In this document: piece after piece, positions 1-9,356 of the stretch | Numbering within the stretch: the first letter of the stretch is position 1 | How the letters are laid out: every line of letters starts with the position of its first letter | NCBI GenBank assembly: GCA_039803205.1 | Contig: JBDRYB010000003.1 | Coordinates: 4,999-68,998 of the forward strand | DNA length: 64,000 nt | Source: a candidate division WOR-3 bacterium | GTDB lineage: Bacteria; Hydrothermota; Hydrothermia; JBDRYB01 | Reading direction: 5' to 3' | Translations under genes and position numbers: made by a program | The notes under the pieces: model-generated | What the model was told of the DNA's origin: nothing | The model's input: the letters and a program-made list of their open reading frames with translations, nothing else | The model's database searches: none

Positions 1-126
1 CGGATGGACAACGACCGGCGTGCCCGTGATCATAGGCGTTGTTTCGGTTGTTGCGTTTCCAGTAGCCATAGCGGCCTGCGTAGGCCTTCTCAACCTTCAA
101 ATGCCTCAGATCGCACAGAGAAAGGG

Positions 127-564
127 CTAATCCTGCTCTATTCCCCATTCCTTAATGAGCTCGCGGTTTATCTCGGAAGCGAGCTTGCCATCAGGCTGAG
201 GCTGGGTTTTCTTTGTGATGAGGCGCCTCGGCCCCTTGACGAACTCCCTCGTGGACATCACCCTTGCGCCCAGGGCTCCAGCCGTTCCCCTTATCTCCCT
301 GTCCTCGGTGACCACGACCACATCCCGAGGGTTCTGGCACCTCCTGAGCCAGCGCTTTATGTATTCATCAGCGCTTTCGCCCTTGGTGAAGACCGCGCCG
401 GGGAGGCTGTGGTGAACCCCTTCCCTTCCATCAAAGACGACTATGACCCTGTGAGGTGCATAGACCTTGGAGAAGGAGACCAGATATTCCCTTGCCTTTT
501 CCATCTCCATTTCCCTGAAACGGGTCGTGAGTATCAGATTGTAGCCGTCAACTATGTATATCAT
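127..564 (-). CDS. NYN/YacP-like (PIN-fold) predicted RNA-binding protein
   Basis: N-terminal MIYIVDGYNLI plus ...VIVVFDG... pattern typical of the YacP/Rae1-like NYN domain; ORF track. Confidence 0.55.
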   Translation of the reverse strand: MIYIVDGYNLILTTRFREMEMEKAREYLVSFSKVYAPHRVIVVFDGREGVHHSLPGAVFTKGESADEYIKRWLRRCQNPRDVVVVTEDREIRGTAGALGARVMSTREFVKGPRRLITKKTQPQPDGKLASEINRELIKEWGIEQD

Positions 565-583
565 GAAGCCTCAAGATCATAAA

Positions 584-1741
584 CTATATTTCCGGCCTCC
601 CATAAGCAACGAATATCGGCGCGTCGCCTTCCTCCCACCCGGCAAACTCCTCTGGTTTCGGGTTCAGTATTACCCTGCCTCCCCTCTTGACTCCTATGAG
701 TATCGCTGGTGGTTTCTCATCAAGGAACATCCTCGCGGTCTCAGAGAATGATTTACCCTCAAAGAACCTCTTCCAGGACTCTGGTTTCATCTCCTCAACC
801 ATGTAGATCTCGCAATCCTCGCCGCCGGTGTGCCCGACCGTGAGCAGGTCAAGATAGACCTCGGACATTCCGGGGCTTATTGATGTCTGCGCGAGAAGCC
901 CCATCTGATAGTCAGTGAAGCATATCACCTCATCAGCGCCAGCATCCTTGATGTGGCCAGTTTTCCTGTGGTTGGATGCCTCAACTATTATGTATGGGCG
1001 GGTTCCCTCCTCGTTGGCAAGAGCCCTCAAGCCGAGAGTCACCAGCGCGTTCATGCCATCGGAGTCCGGCCTGTTCTCGTCCGATAGTATTATCACCCTC
1101 GCGGCCCTGTGGGCCCGGATTGACTTGAGAAAGCCCTTATCAAAAGCATCCCCAGCAACGAATGTGACGCGCTTGTAATCCTCCTGCTGGTGATAGAGCT
1201 CCGGGTTCACATGCCCATCATGTATAACCATGATCTCAGGCGGCTCTCGCCCAGCATCGCGGTGATAAGCGTTCAGCTCTTTCACGAGCCTGTCTCCCTT
1301 CAGGCTCCAGTTAACAATGAGATACTCTCCCTCTTTCAAAGCATGCCTCCTTTGCATCCTTTTGGCCGTCAGGAAAGCGGCCAGCTCCCCTGTTAGATAC
1401 GCCACGACCGAGACCCCTCCTATCATTATGAGGACAGCGGCGGTCCTGCCTGGGCCAGTGTTTGGGCCCCTGTCCTCAAAGCCTGAGAGCAGGTATGTGG
1501 CTATTGACCAGAATGATTCTAAGACTGAGGAGAAAAACTGATTGAATCTGAACTCCAAAAGGTGCATCGCGACCGCGCCGGACACCCAGACAAAACAGAG
1601 GAAGAAAAATGCCCTCAGGATGCCCATGTAGTCCTTGGATGCCCAGGATCTCCTGGCCATGCTGAGATAGACCAGGAAGAGGAAACCCAGAGCTAACAGG
1701 CTAAAGAGAATAGTTTCTACTATATCAAGGATCACGGGCAA
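584..1741 (-). CDS. Ion channel with N-terminal TM pore-like region and C-terminal RCK (TrkA_N + TrkA_C) domain; selectivity filter non-canonical
   Basis: About 4 hydrophobic helices. YLIVNWSLKGDRLVKEL then ...VIHDG... then GDAFDKGFLKSIRAHRAARVIILSDENRPDSDGMNALVTLGLRAL matches the RCK Rossmann pattern. The pore-loop region reads SGFEDRGPNTGPGR rather than TVGYGD. Start may be GTG 2 codons in, 6-7 nt after a GGCCTTATAAT box. Confidence 0.55.
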   Translation of the reverse strand: MPVILDIVETILFSLLALGFLFLVYLSMARRSWASKDYMGILRAFFFLCFVWVSGAVAMHLLEFRFNQFFSSVLESFWSIATYLLSGFEDRGPNTGPGRTAAVLIMIGGVSVVAYLTGELAAFLTAKRMQRRHALKEGEYLIVNWSLKGDRLVKELNAYHRDAGREPPEIMVIHDGHVNPELYHQQEDYKRVTFVAGDAFDKGFLKSIRAHRAARVIILSDENRPDSDGMNALVTLGLRALANEEGTRPYIIVEASNHRKTGHIKDAGADEVICFTDYQMGLLAQTSISPGMSEVYLDLLTVGHTGGEDCEIYMVEEMKPESWKRFFEGKSFSETARMFLDEKPPAILIGVKRGGRVILNPKPEEFAGWEEGDAPIFVAYGRPEI

Positions 1742-1782
1742 ATTATAAGGCCTTACGCGCAGGCAGAGCTACTTGATACGGA

Positions 1783-2463
1783 TCAATCCGCCAGCAGGCC
1801 CTTCTTGAAGCTCCCCATCGCGCCAAAGGAGCCAAGCATAAGAGAGGCATACCATCTAATATCATGAAGGGGATCGCTTATAATGCCGAGCCTAAGCGCA
1901 TCAATGAACATGGGGATGAAGGCGGCTATCCCTATTATCACGGGCACAAGCTGGAAAAGATACATGAGCAGGTCCTTGAACGAGAATACCCCCATCTCCC
2001 TACCCATGTAAATGAAAAGGGTTGGCGCTGACAAAAGCATCCCCAGAATTCCCTCGCCGGCTACGAGCAGGGCAACCCTGTCTAGCTCAGCGCCAAAAAG
2101 AGGGTCAATCCACGGAGCTATTACCACGAGCAAGAGGCGGATAGCATTATATACCGTAATTCCCTCGCTATCGCCGAACCAATCTATCCAGAATATCCAC
2201 CAGACCATCCCCGCGTAGAAGAACATCCAGATTATGAAGTGCGGGATGAAGGCTAGGAAGCAGATCAGTGTGCTCCATCCTCCTTCCAGGGAATAGAACC
2301 TCCGTAGCACGGTTATGAGGGTCTGGCTCACGGGTGAGAAGAAGAACAGGTAGACCGAAACCCCTAATGTAAAAAGGATATAGGCTATCATCAGGCCGGT
2401 GAATATGTTCCCTGCTACTTTGCCGAGATCAAATTCCAGGAACTCCCTTAGCTTCCGGATCAT
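1783..2463 (-). CDS. Hypothetical polytopic membrane protein
   Basis: 226 aa, multiple hydrophobic segments, no recognisable motif. Confidence 0.4.
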   Translation of the reverse strand: MIRKLREFLEFDLGKVAGNIFTGLMIAYILFTLGVSVYLFFFSPVSQTLITVLRRFYSLEGGWSTLICFLAFIPHFIIWMFFYAGMVWWIFWIDWFGDSEGITVYNAIRLLLVVIAPWIDPLFGAELDRVALLVAGEGILGMLLSAPTLFIYMGREMGVFSFKDLLMYLFQLVPVIIGIAAFIPMFIDALRLGIISDPLHDIRWYASLMLGSFGAMGSFKKGLLAD

Positions 2464-2479
2464 CCTGAAGATTTTAACC

Positions 2480-3343
2480 CTAAGCTTTGGGACTGAACCT
2501 CTTTCTTATGAAGAAGGCCGCGAGGTTCAGTATGAAGGTGAGAATTACGAGAACGAGAGCCGTTCCGTAAGCGAGGGGCCGAACCCCTTCTATGTTCTGG
2601 TGCTGGGTTGCTAGAATGTAAAGGTGATATGGGAGAGCCATGAATTGACTGGTTGGGCTCGTCGGAAGGTGCGGAGTGTAGAAGACAACGCCCGTGAAGA
2701 GTATGGGGGCTGTTTCGCCCATGGCCCTTGACATGGAGAGGATCATGCCGGTCAGTATCCCTGGCAATGCGGCTGGTAGAACAGCCTTCCAGATGGTTTG
2801 CCATTTCGTCGCGCCCAAGGCTAAGGAACCCTCCCTATATGAGTGCGGGACCTGTCTCAGCGCCTCCTCTGATGTGGTTATGAGCCAAGGCAGGTTCATC
2901 AGACCGAGGGTGAGGCCTGAGGCCAAGAGTGAGGTCCCCATCCTGGACAATTGAACAAAAAGCGCCACCCCGAATATGCCGTAAACTATGGAGGGAATGC
3001 CACCGAGGTTCCTGGTGGTGCTCCTTATTAGCCTAGTGAACCAGTTATCCGAAGCGTATTCGGCCAGATATATCCCAGCGCCAAGCCCTATAGGGAAAGA
3101 GGCAATTGTTGATATTACTGCAAGGTAGAATGTGCCTACTATTGCCGGGAATATCCCCCCTTCGGTCATGTTGTTCATGGGTGGTTTCGTGAGGAAATCC
3201 CAGCTCAGAACCCCAGCCCCCTTGAGGGTTATGAAGGAGAATATGTAGCCGAGGACGAGGGCTATAAGTGTAGCAGAGAGGATTACCACCCCTGTTCCAG
3301 CTCTATCGGCTAGTTTTTTAAGCAACAAGCCTGACTTGGTCAT
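2480..3343 (-). CDS. pstA: Phosphate ABC transporter permease PstA
   Basis: EAA-like motif region SMSRAMGETAPILFTGVV and the overall PstA pattern. The ORF-track N-terminal extension was trimmed to MTKSGLLL, which overlaps the pstC stop by 4 nt. Confidence 0.8.
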   Translation of the reverse strand: MTKSGLLLKKLADRAGTGVVILSATLIALVLGYIFSFITLKGAGVLSWDFLTKPPMNNMTEGGIFPAIVGTFYLAVISTIASFPIGLGAGIYLAEYASDNWFTRLIRSTTRNLGGIPSIVYGIFGVALFVQLSRMGTSLLASGLTLGLMNLPWLITTSEEALRQVPHSYREGSLALGATKWQTIWKAVLPAALPGILTGMILSMSRAMGETAPILFTGVVFYTPHLPTSPTSQFMALPYHLYILATQHQNIEGVRPLAYGTALVLVILTFILNLAAFFIRKRFSPKA

Positions 3344-4227
3344 GCGGACTCCTTTACCCTCTTGACGAATGGCTCTGCTATCAGGTTGACCAGGAGTGTT
3401 ATGAGGAACAGGTAAAATCCCAGAGCAAAAAGGACATAGTAATGTTCCGTGTTCCAGGGAACCTCCCCGAGCTCTATGGCTATTGTGGCCGTGAGGGGTC
3501 TTACGGGATCGAGAAACGAGTGGGGCATTGCCGGAGCGTTCCCAGCGGCCATGAGGACCGCCATAGTCTCCCCTATCGCCCTTCCGAAACCGAGCATTAT
3601 CGCCGCGACTATGCCGGGCCTCGCGGCTATCGCGACGACTCCCCATATTGTTTGCCACCTGGTAGCGCCCAGAGCTCTAGCGGCCTCCCTGTATGTCCTC
3701 GGGACCGCCTTGAGGGCATCATCCGATATTGAGATTATCGTTGGGAGTATCATTATGGCGAGAATGACGGAGGCGTTCAGCGCGTTAAGGCCAGAACTCT
3801 GGCCTGTTAGCCTGGCCACGAGGGGCCCGGTTATCACCAGGCCGAGAAAACCATATATCACCGATGGGACCGCGGCCAGAAGCTCAACTATTGGCTTGAA
3901 GAAGGCCCTCTGGCGCTCTGTCGCGACCTCTGAGAGATAGACAGCGACCAAAAGACCCCAGGGAACCGCTATTGCCATCGCGCCAACCGTGACCATCGCC
4001 GAGGAAATAAGAAGCGGCAGTGAGCCGTAGCTCGCGGCCGTATAGCCAGCGGGATTCCAGTTTGTTCCGAAGAGCAATTGCGCCGGGGGAACGGTCTTAA
4101 GAGCGAGGATGGTGTTTTTCCCAAGAAGAAGCACTATGCCAAGCACCACCATTACCGAGATCACCGCGGCAAACAGGAAAACTACCCTGGCTATCCTATC
4201 GGTTAGCTTCTTCAATCCGAAAATCAT
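3340..4227 (-). CDS. pstC: Phosphate ABC transporter permease PstC
   Basis: ISISDDALKAVPRTYREAARALGATRWQTIWGVV...GFGRAIGETMAV is a classic PstC signature. Confidence 0.8.
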   Translation of the reverse strand: MIFGLKKLTDRIARVVFLFAAVISVMVVLGIVLLLGKNTILALKTVPPAQLLFGTNWNPAGYTAASYGSLPLLISSAMVTVGAMAIAVPWGLLVAVYLSEVATERQRAFFKPIVELLAAVPSVIYGFLGLVITGPLVARLTGQSSGLNALNASVILAIMILPTIISISDDALKAVPRTYREAARALGATRWQTIWGVVAIAARPGIVAAIMLGFGRAIGETMAVLMAAGNAPAMPHSFLDPVRPLTATIAIELGEVPWNTEHYYVLFALGFYLFLITLLVNLIAEPFVKRVKESA

Positions 4228-4336
4228 AAGGGGGGATTCGTTAAGAAAGTGTTAAGATCAGGCGCAGAGGGGGCAAGATTTGCATTCGCTCATCTGGTTG
4301 GATTATAATTTAAGGGATTAGGAACAAAAATGACCC

Positions 4337-4843
4337 ATGAGAAAGATTGTTTTTGCGCTCCTTGTTTTGCTTGGCTGGGCCACACCCTCCCGCGCGGCGG
4401 ACACGGTTGAGGTTTGTTGCATCTCCATGCCAGATTACATGCGCGATGCCCTTTGCGCAGGCATAGTAATTGGGCTTTGTTGTGTAGGAACCTTGTGCCT
4501 TCTGGATTTGGCATCGACGGGTGGGAGTGCTTCGTGCCCAAAAAGCGATTCGTCGTGGCTGGGCCGCACATACAAAGAGGTTCTGAGGCTATTTGGCCAA
4601 CCATCCGCTGTCTATTCGGATGGAAGGAACGGCGCAGTGATCTCATACATGTATACCAGAACACCATCCAATTCCTACACCCAAATACCTGGGCCCCCCT
4701 ATGACTACGAGGATTGGGCAAGCGTGTGCGTCCTTGCCAGAACCAGCAGGGCGCCTTACGGGAGACACTCCTGTCATGCTTACCGGCTCTTTTGGGTTAA
4801 CGAGAACGGCACGATCTACAAATACAAGAAGAAGGGCGTATAA
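4337..4843 (+). CDS. Small secreted Cys-rich hypothetical protein
   Basis: Signal peptide MRKIVFALLVLLGWATPSRAA; 10+ Cys; TTGCAT-19-TATAAT upstream at 4279-4309. Confidence 0.4.
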   Translation: MRKIVFALLVLLGWATPSRAADTVEVCCISMPDYMRDALCAGIVIGLCCVGTLCLLDLASTGGSASCPKSDSSWLGRTYKEVLRLFGQPSAVYSDGRNGAVISYMYTRTPSNSYTQIPGPPYDYEDWASVCVLARTSRAPYGRHSCHAYRLFWVNENGTIYKYKKKGV

Positions 4844-4967
4844 CTGAGCCCGTTTGATTCCCCGCTCAAAAACCCTGATCGTGTTCAATTTTAAGCTTAG
4901 TGGGCGGGAAGCCGCGGGCTAAACGCACCTTGCGATTAATGTATGAGGTGAGTTATAATATAATATC

Positions 4968-6683
4968 TTGATAACCCTTGGAATTCACGACGGACACACA
5001 GCCACGGTCGCGCTTGTGGTTGATGGGAGGTTGGTCTCTGCGGTCTCAGAGGAACGCCTCAACCGGATCAAGGAGTGGGGAGGATTCCCATACAGGGCAA
5101 TAGAAGAAGTCCTCAGGATAGCGGGTGTTTCCCCGAAAGATGTCAGGTTGGTGGGGATCGCGACCCTTTTCCCACCAATAACATCAGCGGAATACGAAAT
5201 GGCCCACCCTGCGAAGAGGCTTTTTTGGGCGGCGACCAAATTCGTTCCAAGGCCCCTTCTCTACAACGGAGCTTGGCTATCCGGGGCCAGGGTTATATCG
5301 GGCCCCATAATCACCAGGAGGAGGCGCGCGGTGGCTGAGGCCATCTCGGAAACCGGCATATCCGCTCCCCTGCTCTTCTACGAGCACCACACTGCCCACG
5401 GCCTCGGCGCTCACATCCTCTCAGGCATGCCAGAAAGCCTGGTTTTGACCGCTGATGGCTCTGGAGACATGCTCTCCGCGACGGTCTCGGTTGCCAGGGG
5501 AAAAACCCTGAAGAGGCTGTCGGAGATCTCCAACTACAACTCCTTGGGAGAGTTTTACACGAGGATAACCCAATATCTCGGAATGAAGCCCCTTTCCCAC
5601 GAATACAAGGTAATGGGCCTCGCTCCCTACGCGCCCGAGGAAATGGGGAAGGCGGCCTACCAGAGGATAAAAGGCTATTTCGCTGTTCTGCCGGAAAGAT
5701 TGAGCTTCATAAACACCTCAGGCGCCTGGAAAAGGGATTACCTGAAGAGGTTTCGGAATGATCTCGCTGGGATGAGGTTTGACGCTGTCGCTTTCGCGGC
5801 GCAGAAGCTCCTTGAGGATATCGTTGTTTCATGGGTCAGCTCAGCAATAGAAAAGACGAAAATGCGCGCCCTCAGCCTCTCAGGCGGGGTTTTCATGAAT
5901 GTGAAGCTGAACAACCTCATCCTCCAGGCCGATGGCGTTGAAGAGGTCTTCATAATGCCTTCTGCGGGGGACGAAAGCCTCGCTCTGGCTGTCGCTATGA
6001 TGGCGTATCTTGAAACCATGTCTGGGCCACATGAGCCTCTGGGAGACCTCTATCTCGGGCCAGAGTTTGGGGATTCCGATATAGAAAAGGCCCTCTCCGG
6101 CCTGGGCCAAGGATTTACGGTCTCTTACGAGGGCGATGCCATTCACGAGCGCCTTGGAAGGCTACTTGCCCAGGGAAGGATCATGGCGAGGTTCTGGGGA
6201 AGGATGGAGTTCGGGGCAAGAGCCCTTGGTAACCGAAGCATCCTCGCTGATCCGAGGAGGCGCGAGACAGTTGACAGGATAAACAGGGCGATAAAGATGA
6301 GGGATTTCTGGATGCCTTTCGCGCCCACGGTTCTCTATGAGCGGAGGCATGATTACCTCGTAAATCCGAAGGATCATCCTGCCAAATACATGATGGTCGC
6401 ATTTCCAACAACCCCTCTGGCAAAGAGGGACCTTCCGGCGGCACTCCATCCGGCGGACGGAACAGCGAGGCCCCAGATCCTCAGGAAGGAGGATAACCCC
6501 ACATATTACAGGGTGATAAAGGCTTTTGAGGCTGAAACCGGCGTGGGCGCTGTCCTTAACACATCCTTCAACCTACACGGCGACCCTATAGTCTGCACCC
6601 CCCAGGACGCGGTTGATACGCTTCTGAGATCAGACCTTGATGGCCTGGCAATCGGCGGATGGCTGGTCCTCAGGAAGAGATGA
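4968..6683 (+). CDS. Carbamoyltransferase, NodU/CmcH (HypF-like) family
   Basis: N-terminus (M)ITLGIHDGHTATVALVVDGRLVSAVSEERLNRIK plus ...YEHHTAHG... carbamoyltransferase N and C domains; TTG start. Confidence 0.8.
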   Translation: MITLGIHDGHTATVALVVDGRLVSAVSEERLNRIKEWGGFPYRAIEEVLRIAGVSPKDVRLVGIATLFPPITSAEYEMAHPAKRLFWAATKFVPRPLLYNGAWLSGARVISGPIITRRRRAVAEAISETGISAPLLFYEHHTAHGLGAHILSGMPESLVLTADGSGDMLSATVSVARGKTLKRLSEISNYNSLGEFYTRITQYLGMKPLSHEYKVMGLAPYAPEEMGKAAYQRIKGYFAVLPERLSFINTSGAWKRDYLKRFRNDLAGMRFDAVAFAAQKLLEDIVVSWVSSAIEKTKMRALSLSGGVFMNVKLNNLILQADGVEEVFIMPSAGDESLALAVAMMAYLETMSGPHEPLGDLYLGPEFGDSDIEKALSGLGQGFTVSYEGDAIHERLGRLLAQGRIMARFWGRMEFGARALGNRSILADPRRRETVDRINRAIKMRDFWMPFAPTVLYERRHDYLVNPKDHPAKYMMVAFPTTPLAKRDLPAALHPADGTARPQILRKEDNPTYYRVIKAFEAETGVGAVLNTSFNLHGDPIVCTPQDAVDTLLRSDLDGLAIGGWLVLRKR

Positions 6684-6695
6684 ACGAGGATTGAA

Positions 6696-7601
6696 ATGTC
6701 CCCCCGTGAAACAAAGCCTTCACCTCCCAATCCTAATGAGGGGCGAGGAACTAGAAAGCCCCCTTGGCTGAGGGTTCGTTTGCCCGGCAAGGGGGAATTC
6801 TCGGGAACGAGCCGGGTTCTAAGGGAGCTGAGGCTGAACACGGTTTGCCAGGAGGCTCGTTGCCCGAACATATCCGATTGTTGGGGCCGCGGAACCGCTA
6901 CATTCATGATCCTCGGCAAAACATGCACGAGAAGGTGCGGGTTCTGTGCGACCGAAACAGGGAGGCCAAAACCGCCTGATCCGGATGAGCCCGAACGCGT
7001 TGCGGAGGCCGTCAAGAGGATGGGAATAAGGTTTGCTGTCATCACTTCAACCACGAGGGATGACCTTCCTGATGGGGGCGCAGGGCATTTCGCTGAGGTG
7101 ATACGGGCGGTTAAACGCACAGGGGCCATGGTTGAGGTCCTCGTTCCTGATTTCGGAGGAGACGCTGAGGCTATAAAGACCGTTCTCGGAGCTGGGCCGG
7201 ATGTTTTCGCTCACAATACCGAAACAACAAGGAGATTGACCCCTTTGGTAAGGGATGGGCGTGCTGATTACGGGACATCGCTTGAGGTTCTGAGGATAGC
7301 GGCTCAGCACGGGTCTGCCCTCGTGAAATCGGGGTTCATGGTTGGCTTGGGGGAAACTGAGGATGAGATATATGAGACCCTCAGGGACATACGGGAGGCC
7401 GGGGCAGTTGCAATAACCATAGGCCAGTATCTCCAACCAACTATGGCTCACCTCCCTGTTGCCCGGTTCGTTGAACCGGAAAGGTTCGCGCTTTATGCCA
7501 GGTGGGCCAAAGGGCTTGGATACGAGCACATCGCCTCCGGCCCCCTTGTGAGGAGCAGTTATAGGGCGGAGGAGATAGCGCTGGGTTTTCCACGAATCTA
7601 G
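6696..7601 (+). CDS. lipA: Lipoyl synthase
   Basis: CPNISDCW... and CTRRCGFC radical-SAM plus auxiliary cluster motifs; full-length LipA pattern. Confidence 0.9.
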   Translation: MSPRETKPSPPNPNEGRGTRKPPWLRVRLPGKGEFSGTSRVLRELRLNTVCQEARCPNISDCWGRGTATFMILGKTCTRRCGFCATETGRPKPPDPDEPERVAEAVKRMGIRFAVITSTTRDDLPDGGAGHFAEVIRAVKRTGAMVEVLVPDFGGDAEAIKTVLGAGPDVFAHNTETTRRLTPLVRDGRADYGTSLEVLRIAAQHGSALVKSGFMVGLGETEDEIYETLRDIREAGAVAITIGQYLQPTMAHLPVARFVEPERFALYARWAKGLGYEHIASGPLVRSSYRAEEIALGFPRI

Positions 7602-7696
7602 GGTCGCGTTCGCCAACACTGTGCGTCAGGATCGCTCCCTGAGTCTTGAACCCCATAGAACGAACCCTTTACACTGTATTTCTTACGGGAGGAATC

Positions 7697-8392
7697 ATGA
7701 AAAAGCTCGCGTTCATTGTGGGATTGGTCCTTTTCGGTTGTGAGGGCTGGAACATGGGTGGTCCGGACAACCCGCCTGATCCGTATCCCCTGGTCGTCGG
7801 GAACTCATGGCATTACATAGCCATATCCGGGGACATTACTGACTGGTTCATTGACTCCGTCGCGGCAAAAGAGCCGTTTGGTTCTCATCAGAACGCCTAC
7901 AGGATAGTGGAGATAACATCGGGTAAGGGCGCGGCATTCTGGCTACCTGAGAGGATGAGGACAAGGGACATATTTGAGTGGCACGCCTTCTACGATGACG
8001 ATTACCTGGTTTTTGCTCTTGCTGATCCCTACGATACTATGGAAATAAGGCTTTTCAAGAGGGACCCTGATATCGGCGATAGGTGGGCTTCATACAGGGA
8101 GATTACTGTATACGATGAGGACGGGGATATGATAGAGGACACACTGATCTTCAGCCTAATGATGGAAATTGTTTCCTACGAGGATGTGATGACGCCTGCG
8201 GGAGAATTCGCATCATTCAGGAGCCTCAGAAGCGAATGGGATAGCCTGTGGCTTTCGGGAACTGGCGAATGGGAGGTTAATACCTACTATTGGGATTACT
8301 TCTTCTGGGCCCCCGGGGTTGGCATGATCAAGTATTGCGATTATTGGGATGAGAACCAGGGGTATCACCTTGAATCATACAACCTGAGATAA
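7697..8392 (+). CDS. Hypothetical lipoprotein
   Basis: MKKLAFIVGLVLFGCEG lipobox-like signal; acidic, Trp/Tyr-rich body. Confidence 0.4.
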   Translation: MKKLAFIVGLVLFGCEGWNMGGPDNPPDPYPLVVGNSWHYIAISGDITDWFIDSVAAKEPFGSHQNAYRIVEITSGKGAAFWLPERMRTRDIFEWHAFYDDDYLVFALADPYDTMEIRLFKRDPDIGDRWASYREITVYDEDGDMIEDTLIFSLMMEIVSYEDVMTPAGEFASFRSLRSEWDSLWLSGTGEWEVNTYYWDYFFWAPGVGMIKYCDYWDENQGYHLESYNLR

Positions 8393-8496
8393 AAGAGCGG
8401 TCTTGCCGGAGGGGTTTTAGGCCGGAGAGCGCGCTGTTCCAGCTAGGACCTATTATTACAAGGGTTCTCTCCCTTCAACCAACCCGCGTTCCCAGC

Positions 8497-8526
8497 TGGC
8501 AAACGGAAAGAGAGCTCCTTTATAAT
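8497..8526 (+). promoter_or_regulatory. Putative sigma70-type promoter (TGGCAA-18-TATAAT) plus AAGGAGG SD for the zinc-ribbon operon
   Basis: TGGCAA at 8497-8502, TATAAT at 8521-8526, AAGGAGG at 8538-8544, TTG start at 8552. Confidence 0.35.
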
Positions 8527-8551
8527 CTCTCCCGGACAAGGAGGCGATAAT

Positions 8552-9355
8552 TTGGCTGATGAAGCAACTGCCACGAGAAAACTCAGGTGCACCCAGTGTG
8601 GAGCGCCCTTGGATGTTCCCAGGGGCGCGGACCACATAACCTGTCCGTTCTGCGGCTCTGCAATAGAGGTCAAGAGGGAGATATACCAGGGAGAGTTCTG
8701 GGCAAAGCCCGTCTTTGACAAGGCCGCCGCCACCGAGCGTTTCTTCCGGTGGACAGCTGAGAGGGACAAACCAGCGCCCTTCAACGAGAAAGTGGAATTG
8801 AGAAACATCGTCCCGGTCTGGGTCCCAACATGGCACATAAGGGAATGGAAGGCTGGGCCTGGAGGCGCCAGGGAAATAGCCTTCTCAATCCTGCCGGGCT
8901 TTGCTGACAGAAAGACATACGAGGCCCTTTCCCCGCAGAACCTCCCCCTCCAGGCCATAAAACCCTTGGAGGAACCCCTCCCCGGCGAATCAGCACAGCC
9001 GGATATGTCCCCCCAGGACAAGATAACCTTCCTCAAGAGCCGGGGCCAGGATGTTCACGAGCTCAGTCTGGTTTATGTTCCCCTATACCGAGTTGAATAC
9101 TCTTACAAGGGCAAGTCATACAGCCTGCTCATAGAGGGAATGACCGGCGGGGTTCACGCCATAGATTATCCGAAGAAGCCGGGCTGGCCATACTACCTCT
9201 ACACCGTCGCTTTCGGAATATTCTTCTTCTTGCTGTCCTTGCCCTTGTTTTCTGAGGACACGGTGGATCTGGGACTCACCCTCCTGTGTCTGGGATCTGT
9301 TCTGAGCCTGCCCGTATCAGCCCTCATAGCATATTTTCTGGTGAAGAAGGTGTGA
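8552..9355 (+). CDS. Zinc-ribbon membrane protein, paralog 1 of 3
   Basis: N-terminal CxxC-x14-CxxC (CTQCG...CPFCG); conserved YVPxW/LVYVPLYRVEYSYKG core shared with the next ORF; two C-terminal TM helices. Confidence 0.5.
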   Translation: MADEATATRKLRCTQCGAPLDVPRGADHITCPFCGSAIEVKREIYQGEFWAKPVFDKAAATERFFRWTAERDKPAPFNEKVELRNIVPVWVPTWHIREWKAGPGGAREIAFSILPGFADRKTYEALSPQNLPLQAIKPLEEPLPGESAQPDMSPQDKITFLKSRGQDVHELSLVYVPLYRVEYSYKGKSYSLLIEGMTGGVHAIDYPKKPGWPYYLYTVAFGIFFFLLSLPLFSEDTVDLGLTLLCLGSVLSLPVSALIAYFLVKKV

Positions 9356-9356
9356 G

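Noticed and set aside
4-582. 192-aa + strand ORF
   Set aside because: Fully antisense to the convincing NYN/YacP gene (127-564, - strand); Arg/Pro-rich low-complexity translation typical of GC-rich antisense frames.
2480-3658. 392-aa version of pstA with a long N-terminal extension
   Set aside because: The extension overlaps the pstC 3' end and is Arg/Gly-rich junk; the internal Met (MTKSGLLL) gives the canonical 4-nt overlap.
4844-4967. tRNA or small RNA candidates in larger intergenic gaps (also checked 8393-8551, 32068-32152, 42502-42613, 51130-51226)
   Set aside because: No cloverleaf-compatible segments (no GTTC/TPsiC-like arm and acceptor pairing) found by eye; these gaps are likely promoter or UTR regions only.
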